Below are positions 62,669 to 64,000 of a stretch of 64,000 nt of DNA, one piece after another; the first letter of the stretch is position 1; every line of letters begins with the position of its first letter. The notes under the pieces were generated by a model. It saw only the letters and a list, made by a program, of their open reading frames with translations. It did no database searches and was not told where the DNA came from. The DNA is from Vicinamibacterales bacterium. Lineage in GTDB: Bacteria > Acidobacteriota > Vicinamibacteria > Vicinamibacterales > UBA8438. The position numbers and the translations under genes are program-made. The stretch covers positions 1,501,524 to 1,565,523 of the forward strand of contig OZ240205.1 of the NCBI GenBank assembly GCA_965197395.1. Direction: 5' to 3'.

Positions 62669-64000
62669 GATGGCGATCTCCGCATCTGGAAGGGTGCGCT
62701 CCGGACGATGCCCAGGATGAGCGATGAAAATCGGTGGTCGGCCTGACCGGCCTCGCGCGTGATGGCGCGGATCGCCGGTGCGTCGAAGTGCTCCACGCCC
62801 CGACCGAGCGCATACGTCATCAGCTTCTCGGTCAGGGTCGTCACAAAGAGGTGCGGCCGCTGCATGAGCGCGGCCCGCAGTCCGGCGGCGCCCTCGAACG
62901 CGGTGCCGTCGGGTAGCGCGCCCGAGGCGTCTATGGCCGCGTTGGCCTCGTTACGGGTCCGGTACCGACCCACCGCGTCGAACTGCTCGAGCGCGAAGCC
63001 GGGCGGATCCATCAACTTGTGGCAGCTCGCGCAGACCGGATTGGCGCGATGCTGCTCCATCGCCTCACGCATCGACAGCGCGCGGCCGTCGTTGGTCTCC
63101 TCCAACGCCGGGACGTCGGGTGGCGGCAGCGGCGGCGGTGTTCCGAGCAGGTTTTCGAGCACCCACTTCCCGCGCAGCACCGGCGACGTTCGCGTCGGAT
63201 ACGCCGTCGCCGACAGGATGCTCCCGTGCCCGAGCAATCCTCGCCGGGCGTCGTCGTCGAGCGTCACGCGGCGGAAATGGCTCCCGTAGACGTTCGGCAT
63301 CCCGTAGTGCCTGGCCAGCCGCTCGTTGACAAAGGTGTAGTCGGCCGTCAGCAGCTCCAGAACGCTGCGATCCTCGCGCATGACGCTCGTGACGAACAGT
63401 TCGGTCTCGTGCCGCATCGCGCGCCGTAGCGCTTCACCGAAATCGGGAAACAGGTTCTCGTCCGGCGCGAGCGCGGGCACGTTGCGCAGATACAACCATT
63501 GGCCGGCGAAGTTCTCGACCAGCGCCGCGGCGCGGTCGTCCGCCAGCATGCGGCGCACCTCGGCCTCGAGCACCGCGGGTTCGTGAAGCCGCCCGGCCAC
63601 CGCCACATCGAGCAGCGCGTCGTCGGGGATGCTGGACCAGAGGAAGAAGGACAGGCGCGATGCGAGCTCGAGGTCGCTCAACCGGTAGTTGGTGCCCGGC
63701 TCCACGCCCGCGGGGTCGCGCACGACACGGAAGAGAAACTCCGGGCTGGCGAGCAGCCGCCTGAGCGCCAGTTCGATCCCCGCCTCGAAGCCGCCGTCGT
63801 TCCGGCCGGCGTCGTAGAAGCCAAGCAGGACGTCGAGGTCGCGCGACGTGATCGGCCGCCGATACGCGCGCCGGGCCAGCGTCGACAGGATGTCTCGCAC
63901 GCACGACAGCTCTGCTTCGCCATCGGCGCTCAGCGGCCGGCAGGTGAAGATGCGCTCTCGGCTCGGCGTTGCCTCGACGGGCGGTGCCCCACTTGCCTCG
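62665..64000 (-). CDS. DUF1592-family CxxCH protein (cassette copy C), partial; N-terminus beyond the right edge
   Basis: It has 'RLSFFLWSSIPDDALL', 'TSPVLRGKWVLENLLGTPPPLPPPDV' and 'ANPVCASCHKLMDPPG'. It is about 75% identical by eye to copy A. The frame stays open upstream of the track's Met at 63900, to the window end. Confidence 0.85.
   Translation of the reverse strand, partial: EASGAPPVEATPSRERIFTCRPLSADGEAELSCVRDILSTLARRAYRRPITSRDLDVLLGFYDAGRNDGGFEAGIELALRRLLASPEFLFRVVRDPAGVEPGTNYRLSDLELASRLSFFLWSSIPDDALLDVAVAGRLHEPAVLEAEVRRMLADDRAAALVENFAGQWLYLRNVPALAPDENLFPDFGEALRRAMRHETELFVTSVMREDRSVLELLTADYTFVNERLARHYGMPNVYGSHFRRVTLDDDARRGLLGHGSILSATAYPTRTSPVLRGKWVLENLLGTPPPLPPPDVPALEETNDGRALSMREAMEQHRANPVCASCHKLMDPPGFALEQFDAVGRYRTRNEANAAIDASGALPDGTAFEGAAGLRAALMQRPHLFVTTLTEKLMTYALGRGVEHFDAPAIRAITREAGQADHRFSSLILGIVRSAPFQMRRSPS

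Overview
High-GC (about two-thirds G+C by eye) bacterial chromosomal segment. It is densely coding, mostly in minus-strand operons with 4-nt ATGA start/stop overlaps. There are no rRNA genes, tRNA genes or CRISPR arrays. All domain and family names below come from motifs I recognise in the translations; no database search was run.

Layout:
(1) 1-19 kb is mostly housekeeping: lipid kinase, DsbD, an M1-like peptidase, aminotransferase, an ACT protein, a Sel1 protein, a SagB-type nitroreductase, PBP4, an acylating aldehyde dehydrogenase, an acyl-CoA synthetase broken by an in-frame TGA, and clpS-clpA-grpE.
(2) 19-25 kb holds PadR next to a decayed FtsX/MacB-type permease, and an ABC-2 exporter operon followed by MarR.
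(3) 24.9-26.9 kb is a mobile-element nest: IS200, IS630 and a MITE-like element.
(4) 27.9-43.4 kb is a long minus-strand run of exported redox and beta-propeller proteins. It includes a CxxCH plus copper-monooxygenase-like protein, an MBL hydrolase, a VOC protein, a YVTN propeller, a PQQ dehydrogenase fused to a cupredoxin, and a CarboxypepD_reg/CxxCH protein. It is headed by a three-gene cassette: a heme-c DUF1592-family protein, a Tat-exported DUF1552 protein and a secreted ankyrin protein.
(5) 44.9-46.5 kb is a graveyard of gene fragments, partly low in GC.
(6) 46.5-52.1 kb holds a third, divergent DUF1592-like/DUF1552 pair with different partners, followed by an integrase remnant.
(7) 52.6-59 kb holds a thiolase-like protein, a TRAP transporter and an exported amidase.
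(8) 59-64 kb holds a Phd/VapC toxin-antitoxin pair and a second paralogous copy of the DUF1592/DUF1552/ankyrin cassette, which runs off the right edge.

A family of composite REP-like palindromes with compensatory stem changes is scattered between operons.

The most interesting candidate for an undescribed system is the recurring DUF1592-family/DUF1552 module: three copies in 64 kb, two of them with a conserved secreted ankyrin partner.

The PadR/permease pairing, DUF2911 and the planctomycete-type cytochrome modules suggest an Acidobacteriota-like or similar soil lineage. That assignment is inference only.
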